Source: Octopus sinensis (Eukaryota). From it: 64,000 bases of DNA. Shown piece after piece: positions 41,168-55,587 of the stretch. The stretch lies in assembly GCF_006345805.1 (NCBI RefSeq), contig NC_043002.1:49228001-49292000 (forward strand), written 5' to 3'. Position numbers and translations under genes: made by a program. The notes under the pieces are model-generated. The model worked only from the letters and a program-made list of their open reading frames with translations. It did no database searches and was not told the DNA's origin. How positions within the stretch are numbered: position 1 is the stretch's first letter; the number at the start of each line of letters is the position of its first letter.

Positions 41168-41592
41168 GGATATGTGTGTGTGGGGGGTGGGGGGTTAAAT
41201 AAAAGGAGACAACAAAGCCAAGGCTCTGGGGAATTTATATGACATTTACAGCTGTTTCTCGGATATTAGGGACATCCCTTCATCAGAGACGATATGAGAG
41301 AGTTAGCTAGAGGGAAATAGTGTAGTTAGTTCAATATAAGGAGTTATTCTGGAAAAGGATGGATATAGGATGTATAAAAGTATAAAAGTAATAATATATG
41401 TAGGATGTTACAGTTGTAGTTCCATTAGCCAAGGAGAGCGCAGTGGACCTACAACTGTAACATCCTGCATATATTATTACTTTTATACTTTTATTCTCTT
41501 ATTTTCCTTTATACTTCCTACATCCATCCTTTTCCAGAATAACTCCTTGTATTGAATGATACTATTTCCCTCTAGTTAAACTCTCTCATGTC

Positions 41593-41640
41593 GTCTCTGA
41601 TGAAGAGATATCCCTAATATCCCAGAAACAGCTGTAAGAC
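41593..41640 (+). ncRNA. type-I hammerhead ribozyme motif
   Basis: GTCT-CTGATGA-A-GAGATAT..ATATCCC-A-GAAA-CAGCT-GTA|AGAC. Stem I GTCT/AGAC, palindromic stem III ACAGCTGT, GUA triplet. Antisense copy at 41247-41290. Confidence 0.75.
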
Positions 41641-41841
41641 TACCTTTCTCTTTACAAATGTCCTACAAATTCCGCACAGCCTTGGCTTTGTTGTCTCATT
41701 TTATTTAGCATATGCATGCTCACACAAGACCCGCATTAGAACTCCTCACTTGTATTATTATCGAACCAAGAGTCTAACAAAGGTCCTCCCGTAGCACTTA
41801 CATAGCCTTACCTGCCATCTTGGGTCTTCTGGACACTATAT

Positions 41842-41880
<39 letters not shown>

Positions 41881-43507
41881 GGGTATATATATAAATTCAT
41901 CGTTCATCATCTGAAAGTTTCCGCCCTTTACTTACTCTCGTTTTGCATGTATACTTATATAAATATTTCGTATTTGATGTACTTAATATAGTTAATATAT
42001 CTGATGTATCTAACTTGCTTACTCCAATAATCGCTTATATATATAGGTGTGTATGAGTGTGTATGAGTGTGTGTGTATATATCTATCTATCTATCTATAA
42101 TGTGGGTGTGTATATGTGTGTGAGTGTATATATATTATATATATTGTGTGTGTATGTGTGTCTGTCTTTGTGTCCATGTTTTTCGCCTTTCCTGCTCACC
42201 GCTTGACAACCGGTGTTGGTGCGTTCATGTCCCCGTGCCTTAGCGGTTCAGCAAAAGAAATATAAAGTAAGAACCCGGCATAAAACATTCATTCGACTAA
42301 AAATTCTTCAAGACAGTGCCGCAGGATGGTCGCTGTCTAATGACTAAAACAAGAAAAAGAATAAAATAATATATATTTATTCATTTATGTCGGTGTTTCT
42401 ATGTGTTTGACATGTATCTATGTATGTATATGGCGGGCTTCTTTCAGTTTCCATCTATCAAATCTACTCACAAAGCTTTGAATAGCCCGAGACTATTGTA
42501 GAAAACACTTGTTCAATGTGTCATGCAGTCGGGCTGAACCCGAAATCATGTGGTTGGTAAGCGAGCTTCGGGAAGTGAAAGACAGAGAGAGAGAGCGAGA
42601 GAAGATTAAAGAGGGAGAAACAGAGATATTAATGCTTTTGAATTTTATACATTCGCTATTTATAATAGTTTTGAACTTTGGCAAAAGCCCAGCAATTTCG
42701 TGGAAGTGGGTAAGTCGATTACAACGACTCCAACGGTCAGCTGGTATTTATTTTATTCATCCAGAAAGGATAAAAATAAAAGAGAAAGTCAACCTCAGCA
42801 GATTTTGAACGTAAAGACGAACGAAACACCGATTAACATTTTGGCCCGGCGTGCTAACGATTCTGCCAGCCCGCCGCCTTCAGTTTATTATTATTTTATT
42901 CTTTTATTTGTTTCAATCATCTGAATATGGCCTTGCTGGAGCATCGCCTTTTACTCGAAGAAATCTACCCCTGGACTTCTTTTGTAAGCCTTCTACGTAT
43001 TCTATCGGTCTCTTTTCCCGAACCGCTAAGTTACGGGGACACAGCAACATCGATGGTGGGGCGACAAACACAGGCACAAACACACAAATATACATACACA
43101 CACACACACGTGTATATATACACGACGGGCTTCTTTTAGTTTCCGTCTACCAAATCTACTCACAAGGCTTTGGTCGGCCCAAGGCTATAGTAGAAGACAC
43201 TTGTCCAAAGTGCCACGCAGTAGGACTGAAACCATGTGGTTGGGAATCAAGCTTCTTACCACACAGTCACGACTACGCTTGTTATTATTATTATTATTTT
43301 TTACTTGTGTCAGTAATTTGACAGCGGCCATGCTGGGGGCACCGCCTTGAAGAGTTTTTGTCGAAGAAATCAACCCCAGGACTTCTTTTTTAAGCCTTGT
43401 TCTTATTCCGTCGGTGTTTTTGCTGAACTGCTAAGTTGCGGGGACCGAAACACACCAACACCGGTTGTCAGGCGGAGGTGGAGGAATACCCAGAGCCACA
43501 AAGACAT

Positions 43508-43571
<64 letters not shown>

Positions 43572-44018
43572 TATATACATATATATATATATGATATACA
43601 CCAAGCTTCGTTCAGTTTCCGTCTTCCAAATCCACCCACAAGGCTTTGGTGAGCTCGAGACTGCGTGTGTGTGTATGTATGTATGAATATATGTACGTGG
43701 GTATGTGTGAATGTATGCACGTATGTATGTATACTCCTGTGTATGTTTGCATGAATGTATCTATCTCTCGTTGGTGTCTGGTAAGAAACTTGCTTCCCAA
43801 CTAGATGGTTCCAGGTTCAGGTCCACTGCGTGATACCTTGGTCAGTATTTTCTACTATAACATCGGATCGACTAAAGCCTTGTAAGCGGATTTGATTGAG
43901 GGAAACCGAAAGAAGCCTATCATATATATATATAGTAGGTACTGTAAATTTAGAGTGTATTCTTGATAAGTGTAAGCATCTGTATATGCCAGATAGTGGC
44001 AGAGGTGAGAGGGTATAT

Positions 44019-44417
44019 ATCTTTATATATAAGAGAGGGTGTGTGCTGTTTGTCTCCTACGATTTAGATTCCAAACTACTCCCACACTTTGCGGTGCAGT
44101 TTAACCAAAACCGGGTATCTTATAGTCGTGATTCATATCGAGCCCTTCTGGGTATTAGCGCGCGTCTACGATGAGTCTACGATTTAAAAAAAAAATTACC
44201 ATCAATTTTTCCCATTTTTAATGCATTTTTGGCATATATAAGGGAAGTAACTCTCTAAAAATTTATTATTAAATCTCAGAATGTAAAAAGCTACAGTAAC
44301 ACCGTCCCCCCTTTGTGGTTAGCCATATTGAGATGGCTATTATACTTTACATCTCTAAAAATGCTGATATAGTTATTTCCCTTACAAACCCGAGCAACGC
44401 CGGGTGATACTGCTAGT
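44019..44417 (-). mobile_element. 400-bp Helitron/HINE-like element
   Basis: Reverse-complement copy of 26496-26897. Confidence 0.75.
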
Positions 44418-44521
44418 CAAATATAAATTAAAAACAGAACACAAAGGATATCACGGTACACGTGTTTCAAGCTTTATAAACAATCCAAACAGTGTATTAA
44501 TGATATAAAAGATATATATAC

Positions 44522-44579
<58 letters not shown>

Positions 44580-44660
44580 TAAAAATTAATGAGTGCGTGC
44601 ATTACATAAATATTTTTAGGATTAAATAAAAAGAAGACAACAAACTGAAAATATGACATA

Positions 44661-44706
<46 letters not shown>

Positions 44707-45393
44707 AGTGTGGGCTTTTTTGTTGTATATGTAAATATGTATGTATGTATATGTATACGTATGTATGTATATATGTATGTATATATCTTATGTACATACA
44801 CACACATACAAGTACAGGCGTGTCTATGTGGTAAGAAGTCTGCTTCCCAAACAGAGGGCTCTGGTTGCAGCAGATATTTCTGTGGGTCTGTATGCGCGCG
44901 ACTGTGTGAGTCTTTGTGCCTGCGTTTGTTACCCACTCCCATTTGACAAATCGTACTCATGTGTTTACATGTCCGTTAGCAAGCGGTTCGGTAAAAGAGA
45001 CCAACAGAATATGTACCAGGCTTAAAAGATCGTTCAATCGAAATTCTTCAAGTCGGTACCACTACGTGCCCAGAGACTAATAGCTGAAACAAGTAAGAGG
45101 GAAGATGTATCGATCTATTGCAAAATATATTTGTAAATGAGTGTATTCTTATAAAAGCATCTTAAGGGCGCGCACACACGGACACACACACATACACACA
45201 CATGCATCCACACATATCTATCTATCCATCCATCCATTTCCATATATATATATATTTATATTGTATAGAGGGCATTATTACACATAAATGCCTCACACTA
45301 AGAGGGACATAAGTCACTACTACCAAAATTTCACTAATCGTACCTAATGCAGTTCTTCAAAGCAAGACTTATTAAGAAGTTATCCTTAATTGT

Positions 45394-45477
<84 letters not shown>

Positions 45478-45826
45478 TGTTATGTATTCGGTACTAGATA
45501 ATACCTACATACCGTAAATGCAAGGCACCCAATCACGCACTGACACATACGTATACATATATACACAAACACACATACGCACGAGCGTGTTGTATGTGTA
45601 TGTGTGCGTGTGTGTATGTGTGTGTGTATATGCATGTAGATGTATGTATATACGGGTGAGTTGAACGAAACAAAAAGGCACTCAACATATTTAGAAGTCA
45701 CACATATTACTTAAAAGAGTTCGAGTAAACTCCCTGTGGTTATCATAGCTAAGCCTGAACGAGCAAGGTTTCTAGGAGAAGCTTGCGAAAGTTTAAGTTA
45801 CATGGAGCCGAATCAAACTGTTTAAG

Positions 45827-45900
<74 letters not shown>

Positions 45901-45901
<1 letters not shown>

Positions 45902-46374
45902 TCTTGGTATAAAAGATGGGCTACAGCAAATATTCTGCTCAATACCACAGATTTGCTTGTCAGTTGTTTGACCTTAACCAGTTGAGCATGTCCCTTAGTG
46001 GCTGACAATATGTGCATCTCTGATCAGGAGCAGAAGTAGTGGGGGAGCATCATAGCCATGTGTTGAGAAGGATTCTTTGGGGTTTGAATAATTCACCTCT
46101 GGAAACATGGGTGTTTCGTTCAACGTCCTAAACAACCCTTATTCAGGGACCTTTTGAGCGGGATGGGTTACTCGATCTGAAGAAAATTCTAACTGGGCTC
46201 CACCTGCAAGGTCATGTGCTGTTTATCTTGATATGAGATCACCATGTCGCGCACATATGGTTGTGATGCATGTGCCTGGTGTACCCTTATCAGACGGGTA
46301 GTCATGATGGGTATACTGGGCTTCGTATATTTTACCCCAGTGTCACTTTGATGGCATGCTCTGCTCGCTCACTC
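45901..46374. mobile_element. 474-bp non-coding element embedded in (AAT)n
   Basis: Complex sequence bounded exactly by long (AAT)n arrays on both sides (about 45827-45900 and 46375-46420). Class not recognised. Confidence 0.55.
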
Positions 46375-46424
<50 letters not shown>

Positions 46425-46759
46425 TGATGATGATGATGATTATAAATATATATAGGCGCAGGAGTGGCTCATAGGCACATGGGTGGCTGTGTGATAAGTA
46501 GCTGGTTACCAACCACATGGTTTCGGGTTCAGTCCTACTGCGTGGCACCTTGAGCAAGTGTCACCTACTATAGCCTCGGGCCGACCAAAGTCTTGTGAAT
46601 GGATTTCGTAGATGGAAACTGAAATAAGCCCGTCGTATATATATACATATATATAGACAGATACATAGATATGTGTGTGTGTGTGTAGATGTTTGTGTGT
46701 CTGTGTCTGTGTTTGTCCACCCACCATCGCTTGACAACCGATACTGGTGTCTTTACGTA

Positions 46760-47876
46760 TTAATGCAAGTTTTGAAGAGTGCAGTTCGATTTTAACAGTT
46801 ATTTTTTCAAAATTATAATGGAAGTGACATAGGAGTTCAATAAAGGCAACAACGCAAGGAAAAGTGCGAGGAATATTGACTCAGTTTATGGAGATCGAAT
46901 AATAAGCGTAAACCAGTGTCAACGGCGGTTCCAGAAATTCCGAGCCGGAATTTACAGCCTAGAAGATGAGCTTCGTCCTGGGAGAACTGTAGCGCTTGAC
47001 GAGCATGTCCTGCAAATCCTGGTGGAACAAAATCCTATCGTAACTGTTAAGGAACTGGCTGAGAAGCTTGGATTTGGTCATTCAACCATTCATCGACACC
47101 TGCATGCCATCGGAAAATTCAGCTAATTTATGTCAATGGGTTCCTCATAAACTTTCTGCGTCTAATCATGTGCAGAGAGTGAATATATGTTCTTCTTTGT
47201 TGTCTCGTCTCACGAATGAACCTTTTATGGGCCGAATAGTGACTGGTGACAAGAAATGGGTTCTCTATAAAAACGTCAAGCGCGGAAGACAGTGGCTAAA
47301 GAAAGGAGAAACGCCAGGCTAAAGAAGGTCTCCACCCACGTAAAGTGTCGTTATCTCTTTGGTGGGATATGAAAGGTTTAGTCCACTTTGAACTTTTAAA
47401 CCCAAACCAATCGATATCAAAGATCTACAGCAAGCAGCTTGAGCGGGTTAATCAGAGCTAGAAGAAAAACGACTATCTTTGGTTTGAAGACAAAAGGTGT
47501 TCTGCCATCAGGATGATGCTGGGCCACAGACAGCGAGGATAACATTCCAAAGGCTGGAGCAGTTTGAATGGGAAACGATGCCCCACCCAACATATTCGTG
47601 GGATATTGCCTCATTTGCTTATCATTTATTCCAGTCTTCAAAATCATTTGGATGGAAAAAATATGAATTCTGTAGATGAGGTTAGAACAGTACTGGAGGA
47701 GTACTTTTCGTCACAGACAAGTGAATTTTGGAAGAGGGGCTTTACAAGTCTACCAAATAGATGGAAGAGCATTGCAGAAATGAAGAAGAGTATATTTTAG
47801 ATTTATAAAGAAATTGTTTATCTTAATTTTGTAAAATAAAAGCAGCATTAAAAAACCGCATTATTTGTGGGATGAC

Positions 47877-47880
<4 letters not shown>
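46760..47880 (+). mobile_element. mariner (DD34D) transposase pseudogene with 3' TIR
   Basis: HTH region, WVPHKL, RIVTGDKKWVLY, HPRKV..WWDMKG, HQDDA, HPTYSWDIASFAYHLF; TIR GCATTATTTGTGGGATGACCCAA followed by TA. Confidence 0.92.
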
Positions 47881-47944
<64 letters not shown>

Positions 47945-48101
47945 ATGTACATATATGTATGTAATATAATTTTTCTGAATCTTCAAATTTTTCTATATGC
48001 TAGACATGCTAGACCACTGGTTTTAAATTGATATTAATCAAATTAATATTCAATTATTCAAGCTTATTTCAAATTTAAATGTGTACGTGTGTGTGCGTGT
48101 A

Positions 48102-48158
<57 letters not shown>

Positions 48159-49799
48159 CTTTGTGTCTCTGCTTGTCTCTCCACCATCACTCGACGACCG
48201 AAGTTGGTGTGTTTATATCCCTGTACATTAGCGGTTCGGCAAAAGAGACCGATAGATTAAGTATTCGGCTTACAGAATATAAGTCTCGGGGTCAATTTCT
48301 TCAACTAAAACCCTTTAAGGTGATGCTCCAACATGGCTGCAATCAAATGACTGAAACATGTAAAATAATATATATGTATGTGTGTCTGTGTGTATGTACA
48401 ATATACATTTTCTATTTATTATTCTGTATATATATGTGTGTGTATAATATACATATTATATATAGTATACGGTATATATATATACAGTATAATACATATA
48501 ATATGTATATTACACACACACTACTATATAACATGGCTGTAAGATACCATATACGCTCAAATGAGGCTTGATGGTATTATTGAACTATTGTGTTAAGTCG
48601 GGGAGCTGGCAGATCTGTTAACGAGTTGGACAAAAAGCTTGGCGACATTTCTTCCGGTGCTTTTCGTTCTGAGTTCACGCTCGACCAAGGTAGTCTTTGC
48701 TTTTAGTTCTTTCAGAATCGCTCAAATAAGCACAAGTTGGACTCCGATGTTGAAGTAATCGACTTATCCTTCCCTTTAAACTGTTGGCATCGTGCCAAAA
48801 TTTGAAACCAATAAACTATCGTTGTATGAAATTTAGTAATTAAGCTATCATTATGTGAAATATAATGACTAACAACGGTGAGTGTTGGGTTTATTAAACT
48901 GTTAATACATTTCAGTCAAATTGCCAAAACGACGGGGCCTCTACGTGCTGAGTAAGTTTTGTTAGAAATAATAGCCAGAGTTACCTTTAAATCACACATT
49001 CTTGTCAAAGAAATATGCCTTGACTTTTGTAACCATGCTAGGTGATGACTGAAAGGTGGCAAATAGCTAACTCCCACTGCATGGCACCTTGGGTAAGTAT
49101 CTTCTTCTATAGCCCCAGGCCGGCCAAAGCCTTGTGGGTGCATTTGGTAGACGGAAATTGAAAAAAGCATGTGCGTATGTATGTGTGTGTATGTGTTAGT
49201 GTGTGTGTATGTGTTAGTGTGTGTATGTGTTAGTGTGTGTATATGTTAGTGTGTGTGTGTGTATGTGTTAGTGTGTGTGTGTGTGTGTTTGTGTTTGTTT
49301 CCCAGCATCACTTGACAGCCGGTGCTGGTGTGTTTACGTTCCCGTAACCTAGCGGTTCGGCAGAACAGATAGAATAAGTACCAGGCTTTAAAATGTCTTG
49401 GCGTCGATTCATTCGGCTAAATCCCTTTAAGGCCATGCTCCAGTATGACCGCAATCAAATGACTTAAATAATTTAACGGAGAGCGTTACTCTTTGCATCA
49501 TAGATGTGCTAGATCTCGACTGGTTTCGCGTTTAACAAATTAGTACAGCTTTAGACATAAGAACAAAACAAAATGTTCTGGCTCATCTTTTTCCCCTGTG
49601 AAGGACAGAATTCGTCGTTGAGCAAAGTTCAGACTAACACATTTCTAGATTAACCTCTATGAATTACGCGTGCGCACACAAACACGGATGCATGTGTGTG
49701 TGTGTGTGTATCTGTCTCTGTGTGTGCGTATTTATGCATGTAAATAGATCACATATACTTATATGCGAAAACGCGGACATATTTGTATGTATATGTAAA

Positions 49800-50120
49800 G
49801 GCGCGTGGGTTAGTGGTTAAGATATTCTGAGGATAGTCGTAAGGTCGTGAGTTCGATTCCCAGTGGAGAGTTGTGTTCTTCAGCAAGACACTTTACTTCA
49901 GGTTGCTCCAGTTCACTCAGCTGGCAATAACAAGTAGTACTAGTATTTAGAAAGGGCCAGCCTTGTCACACTCTGTGCCAAGCTGAATCTCTCTCTCAGG
50001 GCTACGTTAAGAGTACACGTATCTATGGAGTGCACAGTCACTTGCACGCTAATTTCGCGAGCAGACACTCCCGTTAATCGGATCAATTTTAACCTTCTTC
50101 GTTGTACCCGACGGACTACC
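49800..50120 (+). mobile_element. tRNA SINE with alternative 3' tail
   Basis: Head and central block as in 27246-27552, up to GTTGCTCCAGTT.ACTCAGCTG, then a different tail AAAGGGCCAGCCTTGTCACACTCTGTG..CCGACGGA. Confidence 0.7.
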
Positions 50121-50159
50121 ATTTATTCAGTTATGTATACGTGTGTTCATGAGTGTGTG

Positions 50160-50218
<59 letters not shown>

Positions 50219-50294
50219 TATATATATATAGTAATTATTTTCTATTTTTATTGTTTACTTATTTCAGTATTGCTACTTATTTAAATATATATAT

Positions 50295-51588
50295 ACTAGC
50301 ATTATGACCCAGCGTTGCCGGGTCATAGTGCTAGTTTGGTATAAATTTGTTAAATTAAAAATTTGGGGTAATAAAACATACAATGACATTAAAAAGACGA
50401 ATTAAAATTCCAGAGAAAAATACACAGAAGATAAATATACAAATTTACAAAAATACATAAAAGTTCATTTCGGAGATGCGCCAATTAATATGAAACATAT
50501 CATATATTTAAAATTGACACTCCCCTCGTCAGGATATTTTTTACACACAACACATAGTACACGGAAACAAATGCACAATTACATACCTGCTACATGCGAA
50601 AGACCAGACATTACGTACTCCCAAAAATTCTCATAGATACTGAATGCTACTTTATAAGAATATAATTCAATCTAGCAGCTATAGTAAATGATATGCGCAC
50701 AGCTCCATCTGGACTAATTCACTTCTGCACTCAATTAAATTTTTCATCTTTTAATTTCTCCCATTTATGCAAAGCCACATATTCGAGTTTAAGTCCTTGA
50801 TACTAATTGCTATTTTTTCTTTTAATTCAATTGTTATTATTACCTCTAATTTTTACTGCAATTTTTATTTTCTTATGGAACGTCGAGCGGATCTTATGCG
50901 TACAATATATTTTTTATATGATGTTTATATATTTATATATTACTATATATTTCTAAACGTCGGGCTTTATGTCTGTTCTGTAGATATAAATGAATATATG
51001 AATATATGTATGTGTTTGATCTTTCTGTGGATTTTGTAGTGCTCTTGTAGTTGCTGCTCGCATTGCCTCCCCTGGATTAAAAAGTGCATACAGCTCATTT
51101 GAGCACTACTATTCCAGTCTGTTATATATTTTGAGCGTTGTAGTCACTAACGATCTCAAGATATAACTTTATATTTTGTAATATATATACATCCATATAC
51201 ATATAATAGAGAGATGTTTTTTGTTTTACGTTTAACACGTAATACTGAAATAGTGGAGAAGATATAATATTGCTGTGGGTTTCGCTCTAGGCAAGAAGTT
51301 AAACATTTTTTTTTGCTCATGACACTACATGGACCCTAAGTAAGGCATGTGTAAAATTTGAATGAAATTGGTTGTGTAGTTCTCAAGTTTTAGGGAATCA
51401 GAGTGGAGAAGATATGATATTGCAGTGGGCTTGCCCTAGGCAAAAACTTAGAAATGTTTTTGCCGATGACACTCCCCGGACCCTAAGTAAGACATGTGCA
51501 AAATTTGAATGAAATTGGTTGTGTAGTTCTCAAGTTTTAGGGAAACACACACACAGACAGACACACATTCTCAGTTTTATATATAGAG
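50295..51588 (+). mobile_element. 1.3-kb Helitron/HINE-like element with 5' hairpin and internal ~150-bp tandem duplication
   Basis: ACTAGCATTATGACCC..GGGTCATAGTGCTAGT hairpin; two copies of ..AAATTTGAATGAAATTGGTTGTGTAGTTCTCAAGTTTTAGGGAA (about 51249-51545); ends ATTCTCAGTTTTATATATAGAG. Confidence 0.65.
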
Positions 51589-51933
51589 AGATATATATGT
51601 ATGTATATATACACACACACATGTATTTGTATTTATCTATGTGTATGTGGCGTGTCTGAGTGTTTGTATTTACCCGGCACCACTACCGGTCAACAACGAG
51701 TGTTAGTTTTGTTACAACCCATAATCAAATGTCGTTCGGCAAAATGAGGCCGGTAGAATATGTAGCAGCCAAGAGCAGATAAGCATTGGAGGAAATTTGT
51801 TCGGTGCTTCAGCACTGTCGTAGTCCAATGAATGAAATAACAGAATGTAGATGTACATGATATATATATATATGTATATATGTATATATGTATATATATA
51901 ATATATATATATATATATTATATATATATATAT

Positions 51934-51988
<55 letters not shown>

Positions 51989-52671
51989 ACACGCGCGCGC
52001 ATACATATATAATAGCATATTACGTCGGCCACTTCAGTACTTAAAATTTCATAGGAGTGGGTCAAGTCTAAATCTTCAGATATGCAGAGACTCCGAAAAT
52101 TTGAAAATGTAAATGCTCTGCGTTCTGTTAATCAAATACTAACAACTCCAACTGGCCTACATAGACCTACAGAAGTAGTGGAATATTCTGGAATAAGTTG
52201 GTGATTCGGCTCTTGCACCTCAAACCGGTGACCCGACACCGGCAGATCATACCTAAGTAAATGTCCAAATTCTACTGACTCTACAGGTCATCTATTTTCA
52301 ATGAGCACCATCTAGAAGCTTTCTAAACAACCCCTACGACGTTCTTGGCTCTTCTTCTGGTGAATCCTGTAAAAGATAGAGCCGAATGGCCCTTACTAAG
52401 GGTATAACATGCGATCTCTCCACTACTAACCCCTACGGGCAAGAACCTGATCTCCTACTCTTATTGATCAACAGTCCTTCAACAAATATTGTCACTCAGT
52501 GCACGTTCTCTCCTGGGTCTCCTCTGTCGCTAAAGGCGCTAAGTAATATTTACTTTTGACCACCTGAGTACGATTTCCCTTGCCAAAGGTGCTATGCAGT
52601 AGGATTGAATCTGGAACCATGTGGTTAGGAAGTGAACTTCTTGCTACACAACCATTACACTATCTATCTGC

Positions 52672-52773
<102 letters not shown>

Positions 52774-54731
52774 GGACATCTATCGAGACCTTTCGACATC
52801 GCACGTTCGGTCCGTCAGGGATGCCCCTTCTCGTCGCTTCTATACGTATTGACTCTCGAGCCATTATTGCGGAAGCTGGCAACTCTGAGGGGCATCCCGC
52901 GAGAACTGGGATGCGGGACGAGCGTGTCTGCATACGCGGACGACGTCACCGTCATAGTGTCTAGCCACGAGCACATCGAGCAGGTCGGCGAGACACTGAA
53001 AAACTACGAAGCGGTGACAGAAGCAAAAATCAACCGAGAAAAGTCAGTGGGCTTGCGACTAGGCACCTGGAGAAGCAAGCCCATGCCGTCCACCAGCGCC
53101 TCCGTCGTGGGACGCTGGACCGACGGTCCGGTCGAGTTGCTCGGGGTCTGGTTCGGTCCGGACCTCCAAGTGGAGAAGAACTGGAACGAGATAACGAGTA
53201 GGGTGGTCATTCTCGCCCGGCAATGGGCCGAGAGGAAACTGTCCCTAAAAGGTCGGGCGGAGGTGGAGAACACGTACATCGCTTCCGTCATCTACTACCG
53301 CCTGACCGTCGTGCCTTGTCCCGACCCTACCATCACCAAACTAGAACGCATTCTCTTTCGCTTCTTGTGGAAAGAATGCATCCCGATGGTCAGGCGATCC
53401 ATTTGCTGTCAACACCCGTTAAAAGGAGGACTGGGCATGCCGTGGTTGATGATGCGCAGACACGCGCTGAGACTGCGACATCTCAGGCTCTTCGTAGACG
53501 ACGGTGAACAGGTGTGGTCGCCGTTTGTGGGGCACGCGTTCCCGCAGCTCTTCTCTATGACCGAACTGCAGTCGTGGATCAAAAAGAGGCCGAGGAAGGG
53601 CGAATGGCACCGCGAGAGTCGCGTTGCTCTCAAGCAACTCTGCCGTCCTGGATCGACCTTGAGTGACTCCATCACAACCAAAGCATTCTATAGGGGATTA
53701 GTGGAGGGGAGGTACGACGACGAGCTCGGGGCAAACCTGGACGTCGACGAGGAATACCTGACCCGCCTGTCCGGGACGACTTTCGGGCCAGGGCCCATGG
53801 ACAACTTCCAGAGATCCCTGGCCTGGCAGTGCTACCGATAAGCGCTACCCGTTCGGGATAAGCTCTACAGACACAGCTCGAGAAACACGGGGCCGACCTG
53901 CCCGAGATGCGGTCAGAGCGACGAAACCGTTCTGCACGCACTCGTGCAGTGTCCAACAATTTCCGACCTGTGGGCTTATGTCGAACAACTGCTGTCACGT
54001 GTGGGACGAGTCGGTTTATCAGCTGAGTCTATCGTCAATATTGTCACGCCTCCTTCCTTCAAACGGGAAGGAAGAGCTATTTTCATCATCCTTGTGGCTA
54101 TGGCGAAAGAATGTATCTGGTGGACGCGTCTGAAAGGATTGGAGACAAATACTTTCCTCTCTGGTCAATCTCTCATCAACTTCTTCAAGTACCACTTGAA
54201 AAGGAAAGTGAGAGTAGAGAGGCAAGTTTTGTCTAGCGAATGTTTTAAAAAAAGATGGGTGAATGTAGCAAGGATGGCACGTATTAATGACGAAACCACC
54301 TTGAGCATAACCCTATGAACCCAGAAATTAAAAACAGAGGGTTACCCACTTGCAAACAAATATGGTAACATATAACATTATTGACCGAGGTTACCGTGGT
54401 CTTTTTCGTAAGCTTTTCTTCTCACGGATAAACCTCATCTGCTTCCCCCTTTACACCGTACATCATGACACTGTGATACACGACCCCTATTGATCGTTTT
54501 TTTCCTCTTCTCCTTTTTCCCTCTTTTTTCTTCTTTTTTCCCTTTTCTTTTCTTTTGTTTCTTTTTTTCCTCCTTTTTTCCCCTTTCACGATCCCTTTTG
54601 ATCGAAACCTACGGCACTTTTTTTTTGTTTCTTTTGTTTTTTGTTTTTGTTTTTTTTCATCCCCCAAAAGAAAAGCTCTACCTTGTAATTTGTCCCATCT
54701 GTGTGCAGCCCTGTGTGGCCAATAAAGAAAC

Positions 54732-54732
<1 letters not shown>
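52774..54732 (+). mobile_element. Tx1 (L1-group) LINE, 5'-truncated, inside a (TATC)n array
   Basis: Single frame 52774-54318: RSVRQGCPFSSLLYVL, YADD, LGVWFG, LSLKGR, GGLGMP, one stop (53839-53841), zinc finger CPRCGQSDETVLHALVQC. Pyrimidine-rich 3' UTR with AATAAA at 54721. Confidence 0.92.
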
Positions 54733-54784
<52 letters not shown>

Positions 54785-54821
54785 GATCAGTCTATCGATC
54801 AATCAATCAATCAATCAATGG

Positions 54822-54852
<31 letters not shown>

Positions 54853-54873
54853 TATCTATCTCTCTATCTATCT

Positions 54874-54925
<52 letters not shown>

Positions 54926-54945
54926 CATAAATATTTGTGTGTGTG

Positions 54946-55007
<62 letters not shown>

Positions 55008-55111
55008 TAGATAGATAGATATATTTATATATATATGTGTGTGTGTATATATATATATGTATATATGGACGCATGTATGTATATATGTATGCATGCATGC
55101 ATATATTTGTA

Positions 55112-55169
<58 letters not shown>

Positions 55170-55542
55170 TAAATGTCAGTGTGTGTAAAGGGCTGGACAT
55201 ATAAGAGGGAAAGAGAGAAAGAGGGAGAGGAGTTGAGAATGAGAGGGAAAGCGCAATTTGTAGGTAAATGACATACTATGACAAATTCTGAAAACGTATC
55301 TACTTGATCCGTAAATTACACTTAGCTGTCATGGTAAATAATTTATTTGTCTACACACACATATACACACTCATACGTACAAAAATATAACCACGCATAT
55401 GTATGTATATTTATACACACACACACGCACATACATATACATATAATACCCACCCACATATATATATATGCGGTTATTATTATTATCTCATGTTCTATTC
55501 TTCGGTTTGTATCACTAAACCTATATATATATATATATATAT

Positions 55543-55587
<45 letters not shown>

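Larger units (their letters stand above)
40935..42036. repeat. 1.1-kb foldback of inverted PLE-type repeats with a hammerhead in each arm
   Basis: Centre GGATGTTACAGTTGTAG.TCCA / TGGA.CTACAACTGTAACATCC around 41435. The arms match out to 40935 and 42036, with asymmetric inserts. Confidence 0.85.

Noticed and set aside
50520-50760. Captured coding fragment inside the Helitron-like element
   Set aside because: Only short frames with stops and no recognisable motif.
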